Below, in pieces: positions 20,439-30,113 of a stretch of DNA of 64,000 nucleotides. The stretch comes from a virus. The number at the start of each line of letters is the position of its first letter. Position 1 is the stretch's first letter. The position numbers were made by a program, and so were the translations under genes. The notes below the pieces were generated by a model. The model was given only the letters and a program-made list of their open reading frames with translations. It was not told the origin of the DNA and ran no database searches. The stretch spans positions 41,299-105,298 of the IMG/VR virus record IMGVR_UViG_3300037258_000375; one strand, given 5' to 3'.

Positions 20439-20469
20439 TGATTTTTCCTTCCGCCACAACTGTGGCTGG

Positions 20470-21123
20470 TTATGCTGCTAGTCGAGTGCGATTTGCTATT
20501 TCAAGAAATTTCTTCTCATCGGTGCGCAGCATCAAAAGCTGCGATACCATGTTATCCGCATCCGGCATCCACTCCGACGGATGCGCACACAACCGCAAGA
20601 TCGGTTTGCCCTTCTCGATCTGCTCGATGTTTTGCGACCGCTCCTTCTTGATCCGGTAGATGCGCTCGTTCACATGGGTCTCGAAATAGCCATGGTCTCG
20701 ATACTGCCGAACCTGTTCTGGCTTGAGGATCGTAAACATCAACTGCTCGGCGCGCGCCTCCGCGATCTTTCGCTTTTCGGCTGCCTCGAAACGTGCCGCT
20801 TTCTCTTCGGCTGACTCGGGCGGTTGGCATCCAAGCCCAAGAATGGAAATCATTTGGTTATGATTGTTATTCATCATCTGGCTGTACATCATCTGGCTGT
20901 ACCAGATATTGGCGTTCGAGACGGTTACATAAGACATAGATGTGCCTGTCCCCCCACCTATTGCATAGGCAGAGTCCGCACTCTTCGACGCGCCCCCGAG
21001 CAGCTTTGACCAGTTATTGCTCATTTGATCCACCATCGCTTGCGCGCCATAGGCAGTCCTCGCGCCCTTCACATCCGATCCGTTCAACGCTTTTGAAATC
21101 CACGACTCCGATTTATATGGCAT
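20470..21123 (-). CDS. conserved LCxH protein, paralog of 12877..13647
   Basis: AEARAEQL...L.PEQ..QY...GYF; LCAHP..P..D.M..QLL.L..DE..FL..AN. Confidence 0.72.
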   Translation of the reverse strand: MPYKSESWISKALNGSDVKGARTAYGAQAMVDQMSNNWSKLLGGASKSADSAYAIGGGTGTSMSYVTVSNANIWYSQMMYSQMMNNNHNQMISILGLGCQPPESAEEKAARFEAAEKRKIAEARAEQLMFTILKPEQVRQYRDHGYFETHVNERIYRIKKERSQNIEQIEKGKPILRLCAHPSEWMPDADNMVSQLLMLRTDEKKFLEIANRTRLAA

Positions 21124-21556
21124 TGTCGCTCGCCTTCATCATTCTTTTTGCTTTGTCGAGGAAGGTTTGCTCATCCTTCTTGGGAGGCCATCCGTTGGGA
21201 TCGGACGGTACGAACATCTCCTGGGCCACGACAACCTGCTTGCTAGTTTGTATGCCAAGACATGTGATCTTCCGCACGAAGACGCGCCTCAGACCGCCCA
21301 TCTCCTTCAACTCCTGCTCGTTGTAGAAGACGTGAAATCCGGGAGCATACGGCTTCGAGTCTAATGCGGTGATTTTTTTCCCTGGAGTGTGTTCGTCTGT
21401 GGCGGTGATCCATTTATCCAGCGGCACGTCTGCCGATTTGGCGATGGTGAACTGCTGGAAGGTCGGCTTCCTCGCGGTGCCGCCGAATTCCTTCCAGGCA
21501 TCCATGATGAGGCCCGAAGGATTATCGTATGTCTCTTTGACTATGGAGAGGCACAT
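21113..21556 (-). CDS. hypothetical protein (Y..GFH motif)
   Basis: operon-embedded ORF. Confidence 0.6.
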   Translation of the reverse strand: MCLSIVKETYDNPSGLIMDAWKEFGGTARKPTFQQFTIAKSADVPLDKWITATDEHTPGKKITALDSKPYAPGFHVFYNEQELKEMGGLRRVFVRKITCLGIQTSKQVVVAQEMFVPSDPNGWPPKKDEQTFLDKAKRMMKASDNAI

Positions 21557-21563
21557 AGCTCAA

Positions 21564-21818
21564 CTAACCCCCGATCATGCGCGCATGAAGAATTATGCGT
21601 TCGGCGGTCGGATCGAACGCATTGAGAACCTCACCCTGGTCGCCTTTTTTGCTGACCGAGTAAGCGAGGTAGCCTTTGGCTTTTAGCTCATTGAAACGCG
21701 CTTCCGCCTTGGAAACTTCGGCTGGGTTGTTGCGATCCCATTGCATCCGGGTATCGCCTGTGTCATCGAGTATGTTGAGTTCTCCCCCGTGGGCGCGGTC
21801 AATGATTTCTAGTTCCAT
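21564..21818 (-). CDS. Gly-Gly-terminated small protein (ubiquitin-like candidate)
   Basis: 84 aa ending MIGG; GGAG RBS; first gene after TTGACA promoter near 21896. Confidence 0.72.
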   Translation of the reverse strand: MELEIIDRAHGGELNILDDTGDTRMQWDRNNPAEVSKAEARFNELKAKGYLAYSVSKKGDQGEVLNAFDPTAERIILHARMIGG

Positions 21819-21921
21819 TGTCTGTCTTCTCCCGAAGATTGAACGATTTACCTATAGCTTCCCAATAGTCTGCGCTATCCGGGATGGGCTGTCAAGAAAA
21901 ATTGCGCCCATGATGCGGATG

Positions 21922-22392
21922 CTAGATCGCCGTCGAAATATCCTCTGGCGGTGCGATTCTACGGCTCCCTTGCAAACTATTACAAAAAGGGCAGATGGCA
22001 TAATTATGTGGCTTTCCGTCCACAACGATGCGGTCGTCTCTGCTGCCCCCGCCCATGCCACGCGATGACTCGTGCCCGAAGACCACTTCATCGAACGGCC
22101 ATTGGCCTTGACGCTTCTTGCATTCGTCTGAAATCTGGAGAGCACAGCGCTTGCCCTGCTGATCCCACCGCGTCCGCTTGCGGCTGATATATTCGTCCAT
22201 GCCCTTCTTGCTGTCGAGCTTGCAGACCTCGCGGCCATCGGGATAGCGAAAGACGCCGTCTTCGCATAGGAACTTTGGCACGTGCTTCACTTGAGATGGT
22301 CTCCCGAATGCCTGTGCTTCTCTTTTCACGCCGCGAGGCTCGGGGCGTTTAGGACGCAGCGGAGTCTTTCGGCGGAGTGGCGTTCGTTTCAT
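21922..22392 (-). CDS. NinG/HNH-like nuclease
   Basis: MKRTPLRRKTPL; C.....C, H..SRG.GG, N..ICPFCN. Confidence 0.6.
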   Translation of the reverse strand: MKRTPLRRKTPLRPKRPEPRGVKREAQAFGRPSQVKHVPKFLCEDGVFRYPDGREVCKLDSKKGMDEYISRKRTRWDQQGKRCALQISDECKKRQGQWPFDEVVFGHESSRGMGGGSRDDRIVVDGKPHNYAICPFCNSLQGSRRIAPPEDISTAI

Positions 22393-22678
22393 TAGTCTGC
22401 GAGTGTTGCAAGAACTTCATCGGGAATACTTGAATGACTGAAGCCCACACGTTCGAGCACTATGTCTTCCCGCCCGTCGTCCGGCTTGGGAGTCCACATC
22501 GCCCTCATCCCCTGCCACCATAGTCTATCGCCAACCTTCATTTCTTTGGTGTCTCTGATCCGGATTGCACATGTCTGATCTGCATACGTCGTATCCAAAC
22601 ATTGGACCCCAGGTACTCTCCGTAAGCTTCACGATGTTAATGACTACGCCGCCGACCATTATGTGACCTTTCCTCTTG

Positions 22679-23410
22679 TTAAGTGCCGACCTTCGGCCCA
22701 TCCGTTCCGTTCATCTCATACCATACAAATTCGCCGTCTTCCCCGATAGGGAAGTGGTCACGGCATGTAGAGCAGAAAGTTCCCTGGTAAAAATATGGAT
22801 CGCGCGCGTACGTTTCCGCAATTGCGCGACTCATGATCGTGATCCTCCCGCAACCCATACCTCGCTTGTTCAATTGCTCCTGTGTCCAGAAACGACCGAC
22901 GGTATTACTGCCCTTGTATGACTCCGGGTAGGACTCAAACTTCACATACCCATAGTCGCTATAGCGTTGCCGCTCCTCTTCCGTCAGATCACGCACGGAG
23001 AACTGAGGCCCAGGTGGTCCGATGTGCTTGTAAGCATCGCGGTACGGTCTCACAAAGCCCTTGGCGCGTTCCTCAACGGTCAGGACTACATATCCCTTCT
23101 GCTGCCCATCGTCGCGCAGTTGAGTGTGGCTCCGGTCTTCAGGAACCGGAGCGCCACTGGCAAGAACCTGAGCGCTGCGATCCACTGGAGGTACATTCTT
23201 CAATCTCTCAGCTTCTCGCTTGGCCGCTAATTCCTCGTAAGCTTCGTGCGCTTTTCCCGATAATAAGCGGGCAAAATTGTGCGCCTGCTCAACGGAGAAG
23301 ACGATGTGCCCGACGCCGTTCTCGTCTGGTTTTAAATCTGAATGGACAACGACAACCTCGCCTTCCCCGTTCGTGCCAATCTCCAACGTTCCCGCTACCT
23401 TATCTGTCAT
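22679..23410 (-). CDS. hypothetical Zn-binding phage protein
   Basis: CG..T.M...IAETYARDP.FY..TFC..C..HFP. Confidence 0.65.
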   Translation of the reverse strand: MTDKVAGTLEIGTNGEGEVVVVHSDLKPDENGVGHIVFSVEQAHNFARLLSGKAHEAYEELAAKREAERLKNVPPVDRSAQVLASGAPVPEDRSHTQLRDDGQQKGYVVLTVEERAKGFVRPYRDAYKHIGPPGPQFSVRDLTEEERQRYSDYGYVKFESYPESYKGSNTVGRFWTQEQLNKRGMGCGRITIMSRAIAETYARDPYFYQGTFCSTCRDHFPIGEDGEFVWYEMNGTDGPKVGT

Positions 23411-23688
23411 GCCGATAGCCCTCCCTCTTTGCGTAACAACGCCATGCTTTCAGCCTCACTCAAAAGGCGCAACTCTATGCCTTTCGTATCGTCGAAGCGT
23501 ACCGTGATGTTCTTCCCCTCAAGGCCCATAATCTCTTCCGGCGAAATGATGACATGATTTGTTCCCATCTTCGCCATGAGAAGAGCCGCGATCTTGTGCC
23601 AGTGGTCATGGGCTGCCTTGGTGGCAGGATGATTTGGGTTAGCTTCCATCGATTCCTCCGCGCATCGCCAAAGTACGGCAGGCTTCAT
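23407..23688 (-). CDS. hypothetical protein
   Basis: coupled ORF. Confidence 0.5.
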   Translation of the reverse strand: MKPAVLWRCAEESMEANPNHPATKAAHDHWHKIAALLMAKMGTNHVIISPEEIMGLEGKNITVRFDDTKGIELRLLSEAESMALLRKEGGLSA

Positions 23689-23838
23689 TGATTCCCTGCG
23701 AGATGATGTGATAGTACGTCTTTTCGATATAGCGCAGCATCAAATTCAGTTTCTCAATGCCATGGCAAGGAGCGTATGCCCTGCGCACGTATTCCTCAGC
23801 GGCGTGCGCAAGCTGGTCGTCGCTGAGAAACACATGGC

Positions 23839-24603
23839 TCACGCGCTTCTCTCTTCTTCCGTCTCACCACAGCAAAGATCGATCTGCTTCTGAATTCCTA
23901 TCACGTAATTCGCAACGTAGAGCTTCAGTTGGGCGAGGTCATCGGATGTCTTGATCTGCTCGACTAGATCAGAACGTGATTGCAGTAGGAAGCCGACCAA
24001 GGTCGGGCGTGAGTGGATTTCGGCGAGCATGGTCTCCAGCGCAAACACGTCGTCCTCGATTCCGTGCTCTTCTTTCCATGAGGCGAGAGCGAGTTCGATC
24101 ACCTTCCTCTGCTCGACGCGCATGAGCCACTTCACCTGGACCCAGTGTTCGCGCTTCGGCCTGCCGTCCCGATGCGCACCACGGGTTGTCATCTCATCGT
24201 CGAATTTTTCCGCTGTCATCTCCGCTGCGAGTTGAAGCACGGTGGGATCGAGACGAATCTCTGGCGGCTCGATGCTGAGGCGCTCCGCGTTCTCCATGCT
24301 CATTGCGACGTACACTTCGCGGTCGATTGTGAGGAACTTCGAAGCCACACCGACAACCCGGTACCAGTTCGATCTACCGATCCCCTCCGCAATCCGGAAG
24401 TCGTGCTGGTTGTGAAAACCAAGGAACGTCCACGATCCACGCTCGGCAAGACTGTCGATCACCGCACCGTCATAGCCGATGGCCATAGCCGCCTTGCGAA
24501 GGGTCACTTTGTTGTTGCGGATGCGGCCCGCGCATCCCAATACAACCGCTTGCAGGCTCTCATCCAGGGCGTGCGCCGGTACCATTTCGATGATGTTGCT
24601 CAT
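23839..24603 (-). CDS. hypothetical protein
   Basis: GAGGAGG RBS; long ORF. Confidence 0.6.
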   Translation of the reverse strand: MSNIIEMVPAHALDESLQAVVLGCAGRIRNNKVTLRKAAMAIGYDGAVIDSLAERGSWTFLGFHNQHDFRIAEGIGRSNWYRVVGVASKFLTIDREVYVAMSMENAERLSIEPPEIRLDPTVLQLAAEMTAEKFDDEMTTRGAHRDGRPKREHWVQVKWLMRVEQRKVIELALASWKEEHGIEDDVFALETMLAEIHSRPTLVGFLLQSRSDLVEQIKTSDDLAQLKLYVANYVIGIQKQIDLCCGETEEERSA

Positions 24604-24834
24604 AATTCCTCCTCTGTCTTCTCCCGGAGGGTTAAATGTACTTGTCTTTGATGTCGCGCAGATAGAACAATTGTTTGACCGAGACGGAAGTCGCATCATT
24701 CATGCGCGTGATGAAGTTGAATTCGCTGGGTGTGAAAGTACCTAACGTTTCTTCATTCAGAATCTTCAGAATGCGCCCCGCTTCCGCAATCCGCTCGTCA
24801 TCGGTCAATGTGCATTCAGATAGATCGTGATAGC

Positions 24835-25335
24835 TCATGGAAGCTCCGTTCCTTTCGGAAAAAATAGCTGTGGTGCATCCGTGTACGCTTCGCGGACCGG
24901 ATGCACCGGATTCCCTGCTTTTGAACGACGGATGCAGTAGAGATCGCGATAGTTCAACATGTTCACCACGTCTCTATCCCGCGAAGTCATCCACTGCGAA
25001 AACGCATCCACATTATCACCCCACGCACACACAACGCTATGGGCCATCTTGGCTTCACGGTCGAGATGGGCTGTATTGTCTTCACCAATCGCAAGGCGGA
25101 ATCCGCCTTCACGCATAAGAAGCGTCTTCAGGTCTTTGGGATTGGTCGCGCGATAGGCGAAAAGATTGGTCACGACCAAACCGCAATAGCCCCACCGTTT
25201 CGCAAACCCCACACAGCGGCGGATTGTAGGATCGTCCGTCACATCGTCGGCAGTTGACGGATTGAGCATGATGAAGTTCACAACCCCGCCGTTGCCCATC
25301 CAGCTACGACGCAGTGTGTACCGGTGCTCGTTCAC
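24835..25335 (-). CDS. DUF1643 family protein
   Basis: RY.L.R.W, FIMLNPSTAD...DDPTIRRC..FA..WGY, NLFA.RAT.P, AWG, P.HP. Confidence 0.9.
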   Translation of the reverse strand: MNEHRYTLRRSWMGNGGVVNFIMLNPSTADDVTDDPTIRRCVGFAKRWGYCGLVVTNLFAYRATNPKDLKTLLMREGGFRLAIGEDNTAHLDREAKMAHSVVCAWGDNVDAFSQWMTSRDRDVVNMLNYRDLYCIRRSKAGNPVHPVREAYTDAPQLFFPKGTELP

Positions 25336-25766
25336 TTTTTTGACTCCTGGCCGCGCCGAAATGCTTCGCGAAGCCGTTCATTGAGCACCTCCGGCTTGAA
25401 AAAGCCGCTCTCGATATCAGGAAGGATCAAGTCTTTGATCTCCTCCGACACTTCCGGTTTCGGCGCGTCGTATCGCTCGTAGAGTCGATTTCCGCAGAAG
25501 ATCAGGATATCGACGAAACTTATGTCGCTTAATTCGCTCCATTGCGCCGTAAATTTATTCCACTCTTTGAGTGAGCGGGTATACCACGGTTCAGGCATCC
25601 GCTCCGCGTTTGGCGCGGTGCTCCAATTCTCTTTCTGCCAGCGCAAAGCATCGTAAAGAGCGCTTTCCGCAATCATCTTGTCGTGAAAATTATCCCTCAC
25701 TTCAGACAAGACCGCTCTCAACATTCCTTGGGGAACATAGACGTTTGGTTTTTTTGATTCACTCAT
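25332..25766 (-). CDS. hypothetical protein, paralog of 54921..55406
   Basis: shared VP..ML, YDAP.PE...EI.DL, EAFRRGQ. Confidence 0.65.
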   Translation of the reverse strand: MSESKKPNVYVPQGMLRAVLSEVRDNFHDKMIAESALYDALRWQKENWSTAPNAERMPEPWYTRSLKEWNKFTAQWSELSDISFVDILIFCGNRLYERYDAPKPEVSEEIKDLILPDIESGFFKPEVLNERLREAFRRGQESKK

Positions 25767-27232
25767 GCCACATCCTCCTCGTCGTCATTGCTCTGATAGG
25801 AAAGGTGCCCCTGGTAGTCTGGCGTCGGCTTCGCCCCGGAGCACCATAGCGCAGTTTTTGGGTCCTTCCAAAGAGCCACATTGCAGGGCACACCGAAACG
25901 CTGTTTGGGAATGATCCCCGCGCCTTCATCGGTGAAATGACCTTGCTCCTCGTCGTACTTCAAATGCAGCAGGAGAACAGTCGCGGCGTCGTTCTCGATC
26001 TGGCCACTCTCGCGAAGCCGGTCCATCGTCGGCAAGGTGCTCATACCACCAGACCGGCTCAACTGCGACAGGATGACATTGCGGCACTTCGTGCCCTTGA
26101 CGAGATCGGCGTTGCTTGTGCTCACACGTCCGATCTTCAGACGTGTGTCATCGTTCTTGTCCGCGTTCTTTACCTTCATGCGTTGGAGGTAGTCAATCGC
26201 GCTCAACTCAATTCCATGGCGGTGCATCGCTAGCCGTTGATGCGCCAGTTGCTCGTCGAGCGTCATGTTGCTGTTGTCGTAGATGAAAAGGTCCCACTCG
26301 GCCACTTGGTACTCCGCCCAGGTCAACTGATCTCGCTCGGCCTTTGTGGCCAGCCACGGCTTGATCGCTGCGGTATAGCGCACGTTGCCGACAATCGACC
26401 ACAGACGGCGCAGAAAATCATGCCGTGTTGGCTCAATCAAAAACAAAGCTGTGGGGTGACCCTTCGGACAGTTAGCGGCGACGATCTGTGCCAAGATGGT
26501 GGTCTTACCGACGCCTGAAAAACACCCGATAACAACTTGCTCGCCCTCTTGAATTCCACCTGTGGCATCGTCGATGGCAGGCACGCCGTAGCTGAATCCA
26601 GGAGATTGCGTCAATTGCGCTTGAGCGAGGAAACGGTCCATCACCTCTTGCGAAAGCTCGGCGGCAGAGACAAGGCCGCGTTGAATGCCGCCCGCGATGA
26701 TCCTCTCAAGCTCGGCGGCGTGCCACGTAGCCACGGAGAGCGCCGTCTCGGATTGATCCGCAGCTTTGGCGATAGTTAAACTCGAAAGACCCATGATCTG
26801 GCGCGCGAGGCTCTTGTCTTTCACGATGCGGATGTATTCCTCAATCACCGGGCGGCGCGGCATCCCTTCTGTGAGGGATGCAAGATAAGCGACTCCTCCA
26901 ATCGCCTCAATCTCCTTGTTGACCCGAAGCTCGTTAGCGAGCGTCACAATGTCAACCGCGTGATTGGCATCCATCAGGTCTTTCATGCGAAGAAAAATAC
27001 GCCGATGTGAATCCAATGAAAAGTCATCGGCTTTGAGTTTCTCGGATGCTTCGAGATATGCTTCATTGTCGAGTAAGATCGCACCGAGAATTGTTGTTTC
27101 CGCCTCAATGTTTGCGGGGAGCCCAACTTCAAGTGTGAGATCAGGTATGGAGTTGGAGTAATTCTCCCGCTTCTCTTCACGCGGCGGCTCCGGAGCTTTA
27201 TCTGGAACCCGATAGTTGTTAACGTCTTCCAC
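25763..27232 (-). CDS. dnaB: replicative DNA helicase
   Basis: P.N.EAE..ILGAILLDN N-domain; GVGKT, IDYLQ, LSQLSR, LRESGQIE.DA, KQR.G. Confidence 0.93.
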   Translation of the reverse strand: MEDVNNYRVPDKAPEPPREEKRENYSNSIPDLTLEVGLPANIEAETTILGAILLDNEAYLEASEKLKADDFSLDSHRRIFLRMKDLMDANHAVDIVTLANELRVNKEIEAIGGVAYLASLTEGMPRRPVIEEYIRIVKDKSLARQIMGLSSLTIAKAADQSETALSVATWHAAELERIIAGGIQRGLVSAAELSQEVMDRFLAQAQLTQSPGFSYGVPAIDDATGGIQEGEQVVIGCFSGVGKTTILAQIVAANCPKGHPTALFLIEPTRHDFLRRLWSIVGNVRYTAAIKPWLATKAERDQLTWAEYQVAEWDLFIYDNSNMTLDEQLAHQRLAMHRHGIELSAIDYLQRMKVKNADKNDDTRLKIGRVSTSNADLVKGTKCRNVILSQLSRSGGMSTLPTMDRLRESGQIENDAATVLLLHLKYDEEQGHFTDEGAGIIPKQRFGVPCNVALWKDPKTALWCSGAKPTPDYQGHLSYQSNDDEEDVA

Positions 27233-27245
27233 TTCATCTCCCCCG

Positions 27246-28076
27246 TTACTTGTTTACAAATTTCATTTTTTCCAAAGGATCGGCTTTCTTTTTCTTTTTT
27301 TCTTTAGGCAAGTAACGCTGATCGGTGATCCAAAAACGGTTGATCGTCTCGCCGTCTTGCTTCGCCTGCTTCGCGGCCTGGAGAATGAAATCTGCGGCCA
27401 TCTTGAGATCGCCGCCTTCTTTCGCCAGCGCGCGGAATGCTTGTGCTGTGACGTCGCGTGTCCCGAAATCGGCGGGCACCCCGAGTTCTTCGTAGAACCA
27501 CGTGGCAAGTGCTATCTCTACGCCAGAGTCGGGATTGACTGGTTGAGTGGGGGGAGCGCTGCCGTTGTTCCCCTCTGCATCTGCTCTCTGCTTTCTGCCT
27601 CTGCTATGCGTAACGTTCGGGGGTACCGTTACGCCGTTACGCCGAACATCATCTTCTTTCCTTCGCTCCCGGAGCTTGCGCATCCGGTCGGCTGCGCCAT
27701 GATCGTAATCGCGGAAGCGCATGTAGTTCAACACAATGTAGCCACCATTCACGCGAGCCATACGTCGCCCGTCGTACTCCTGGCTCCGGCTCTCCGATTC
27801 CGGCTCCCCAAGCTGTCTGAGCGCCTTCAGACCCGCGTCTGGCTCGACCATGGCCCGCCGCACAATCCCCGGCCCCGAGGCCGGGACGAACCCGTACCAG
27901 CCTGGAGGAACCATAAAACCGGTCTCCTTCAAAGCATCCACTTCAAGCTGCGGAATAGGCGCATCAAACTCCTCCGGCTTCGCCATCAAGAGCGCCGTGA
28001 TGAAAATATCCCGTTGGTCTTTTTGCAGCCAAAGGGTCGAGTCGAGAATTCCAGTATCCAACTTAACGAAGGCCAT
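27246..28076 (-). CDS. phage replication initiator-like protein
   Basis: MAFVKLD..IL.ST.W; LNY..FR; RMR..RER; directly upstream of dnaB. Confidence 0.7.
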   Translation of the reverse strand: MAFVKLDTGILDSTLWLQKDQRDIFITALLMAKPEEFDAPIPQLEVDALKETGFMVPPGWYGFVPASGPGIVRRAMVEPDAGLKALRQLGEPESESRSQEYDGRRMARVNGGYIVLNYMRFRDYDHGAADRMRKLRERRKEDDVRRNGVTVPPNVTHSRGRKQRADAEGNNGSAPPTQPVNPDSGVEIALATWFYEELGVPADFGTRDVTAQAFRALAKEGGDLKMAADFILQAAKQAKQDGETINRFWITDQRYLPKEKKKKKADPLEKMKFVNK

Positions 28077-28464
28077 TAACCGCCTCAAAAAAGACACACT
28101 TCTCCTGTCAGCGCAAGAGCCTTAAATTGCGTAGGAAGAATGCCGTTGATGATCCAAGCCTGAAGCTCGCGGGGCGGCTTTGGGACCGCCCCGGACCTTT
28201 TCAACGGCGAGGAATCGAGGAGCTACCCCGACACTGGCAATGATAGCGGCCTTGAAATCGAAGTCAAGCGGTTTTCCACAAAAAGTGGGTGTGGAGAATC
28301 AGGAAAACTACTACCGTTGTCTGCAAAACAAAAGCCCGATCATCGGGGGAGAGATCGGGCCTTCGTTGGGGGCGCACTCCCTCGGAGGAAAGAACGCGCA
28401 ACCCGGCGCTGCACCGCGCCATTCGACTATTGAAGAATAAACCGCGCTCTCTGTCAAGCGGAAA

Positions 28465-29586
28465 CTATGGCCGGTCGAACAACCCCTCCGGGTCCGAAGG
28501 AATAGAACCGTCACTCTCTGCTTCTTTCGGTCCGAAGTTCTTGAGCAGAGTGTCGAGGATGAGTTGAAATTGGTCCTGCCGGATATGAGGCCGATGCTGA
28601 ATCTCGAACTCACGGTCGAGCATATCTTTCACTTTCTGATCTCCCTCAGCGCCCTTCAATCCGAGCTTCTCTTCGATTCCCTTCATCTGAAGAAACTCGT
28701 TGAACGAGATGTGAATCTTGGGATCATGTCCCTCGTAGTTATCCCAAATCTCACGCGTCTTCTTCTTCCCTCCAGGTTTATTTTTTGGATTCAGCTTACA
28801 GTCGTCAGTGTGGCCGTTCGTCTTGCGACACTCCGCGCAGATCGTGGATTCATTCTGCTGCGTGCCTTCCTTGCCGTGGCCGCGATTGGGCTCGCTCGAC
28901 GTCTTCATGGTGCCGAGTTCACGCTTGGTCTTGTCCTGCTTCGGCGGCTCCGCTTGCGGAGGCAGATACTGTGGACTGTCGGCGTGCTGCATCTCCTCAT
29001 CGACATAGATGCCGCCAAGCTCTTCTGGCCAGCCCTTGCGCAAGGCGAGCGCCTCGGCGCACTTTGTCAACTGGTTGACCGGCATCTTCTCCCACATTGA
29101 ATTGGGAACTGGCTTATTGCTCTCGTCTTTACGTGTTTGCACAAACTCGCGGTAGTAAGCTGTTGCCGAAAATTCATGCCACGTGTTCGAAAGCAAGTGA
29201 AACTTCTTCACGTGCATCGTGATGCGCATCGTCTCCGATCCAGCGCCCTCAATGATTGCCGGTTTATCGGATGGCATGTACACGCCGGTACGATTCGCGA
29301 TGGAGCGATAACCGTCGATCCCCGTCTGAATCGTCATCTTCTCTTCGTAGCCGCCCTTGCCGCCATTCAAAGATGAATTCCACGACCGACGCTTCACCGC
29401 GTGAATCTGGCGCTGCAATGGGTCCAGATGTCGGACGCGCGCGACATAGCAGAAGAGTTGAAACTCTTCCGCGTTTAGGCCCGGAGCCACGGTTTTGGCG
29501 ACGAGATCGAGTGAGTCTTCCCAGGCGTTCCTCGGGATGATCGCAGCCGGTTGCTGCGGTATGACTGCAAGGTTTGATTCAGGCAT
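28465..29586 (-). CDS. bet: Bet/RecT-family single-strand annealing protein
   Basis: LDPL.RQI, QTGIDGYRSIA.RTG.Y, W.KMP..QL.KCAEALALRK..P..L.G.Y..EEM. Confidence 0.9.
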   Translation of the reverse strand: MPESNLAVIPQQPAAIIPRNAWEDSLDLVAKTVAPGLNAEEFQLFCYVARVRHLDPLQRQIHAVKRRSWNSSLNGGKGGYEEKMTIQTGIDGYRSIANRTGVYMPSDKPAIIEGAGSETMRITMHVKKFHLLSNTWHEFSATAYYREFVQTRKDESNKPVPNSMWEKMPVNQLTKCAEALALRKGWPEELGGIYVDEEMQHADSPQYLPPQAEPPKQDKTKRELGTMKTSSEPNRGHGKEGTQQNESTICAECRKTNGHTDDCKLNPKNKPGGKKKTREIWDNYEGHDPKIHISFNEFLQMKGIEEKLGLKGAEGDQKVKDMLDREFEIQHRPHIRQDQFQLILDTLLKNFGPKEAESDGSIPSDPEGLFDRP

Positions 29587-29602
29587 TATTCCCCTCCGTG
29601 TG

Positions 29603-29854
29603 TTATGCGTCCAGCGGCATATCTGGAACTTGCTTGCCGAATTGTTCCTGGTAGACACGCATGGCGCGTGCGTGGGCTCGGGCGGTTTCCACAATAGCCT
29701 CGGAAGCCCCCGACGCTTCCGCTAAAGCCGCCCAAGCTTCCACCGCTGCCGGAGCAGCGATGTCCTTACCTCGAATCAAGAACACCGGTTCATCAGCCGG
29801 GATTATGCCTTCCGGGTCTTGGATGCGTTCGTAGTCTTTACGCGCGTGCTTCAT
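29603..29854 (-). CDS. small conserved phage protein
   Basis: DEPVFLIRGKD..AP..V..W motif; GAGG RBS. Confidence 0.65.
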   Translation of the reverse strand: MKHARKDYERIQDPEGIIPADEPVFLIRGKDIAAPAAVEAWAALAEASGASEAIVETARAHARAMRVYQEQFGKQVPDMPLDA

Positions 29855-30113
29855 AACCTCTCCATTTCTCGTTCGATGATTCTCGAACCTTCAATTTCTT
29901 CGTGCGTAATCATACAGCCGAGGTCTCGGAAAATTGAGTTGCAACACCTGAATAAGATCGCCCGCGCTTCCAAATTCGACCCCGCCTCTACACGGTCCAT
30001 GTCTATGTCGAACTGCTTCTTGATGTAGACACACGCATTGTGCAGCATACCCAAAGCTACCAATTGACCGGGCGAAGCCGACGCAGACAAATCATTCATA
30101 GCGATTCTCACTG

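Noticed and set aside
27605-27645. Replication-origin iterons (GTAAC/GTTAC) in the initiator gene
   Set aside because: Only three short copies; suggestive but too weak to call.
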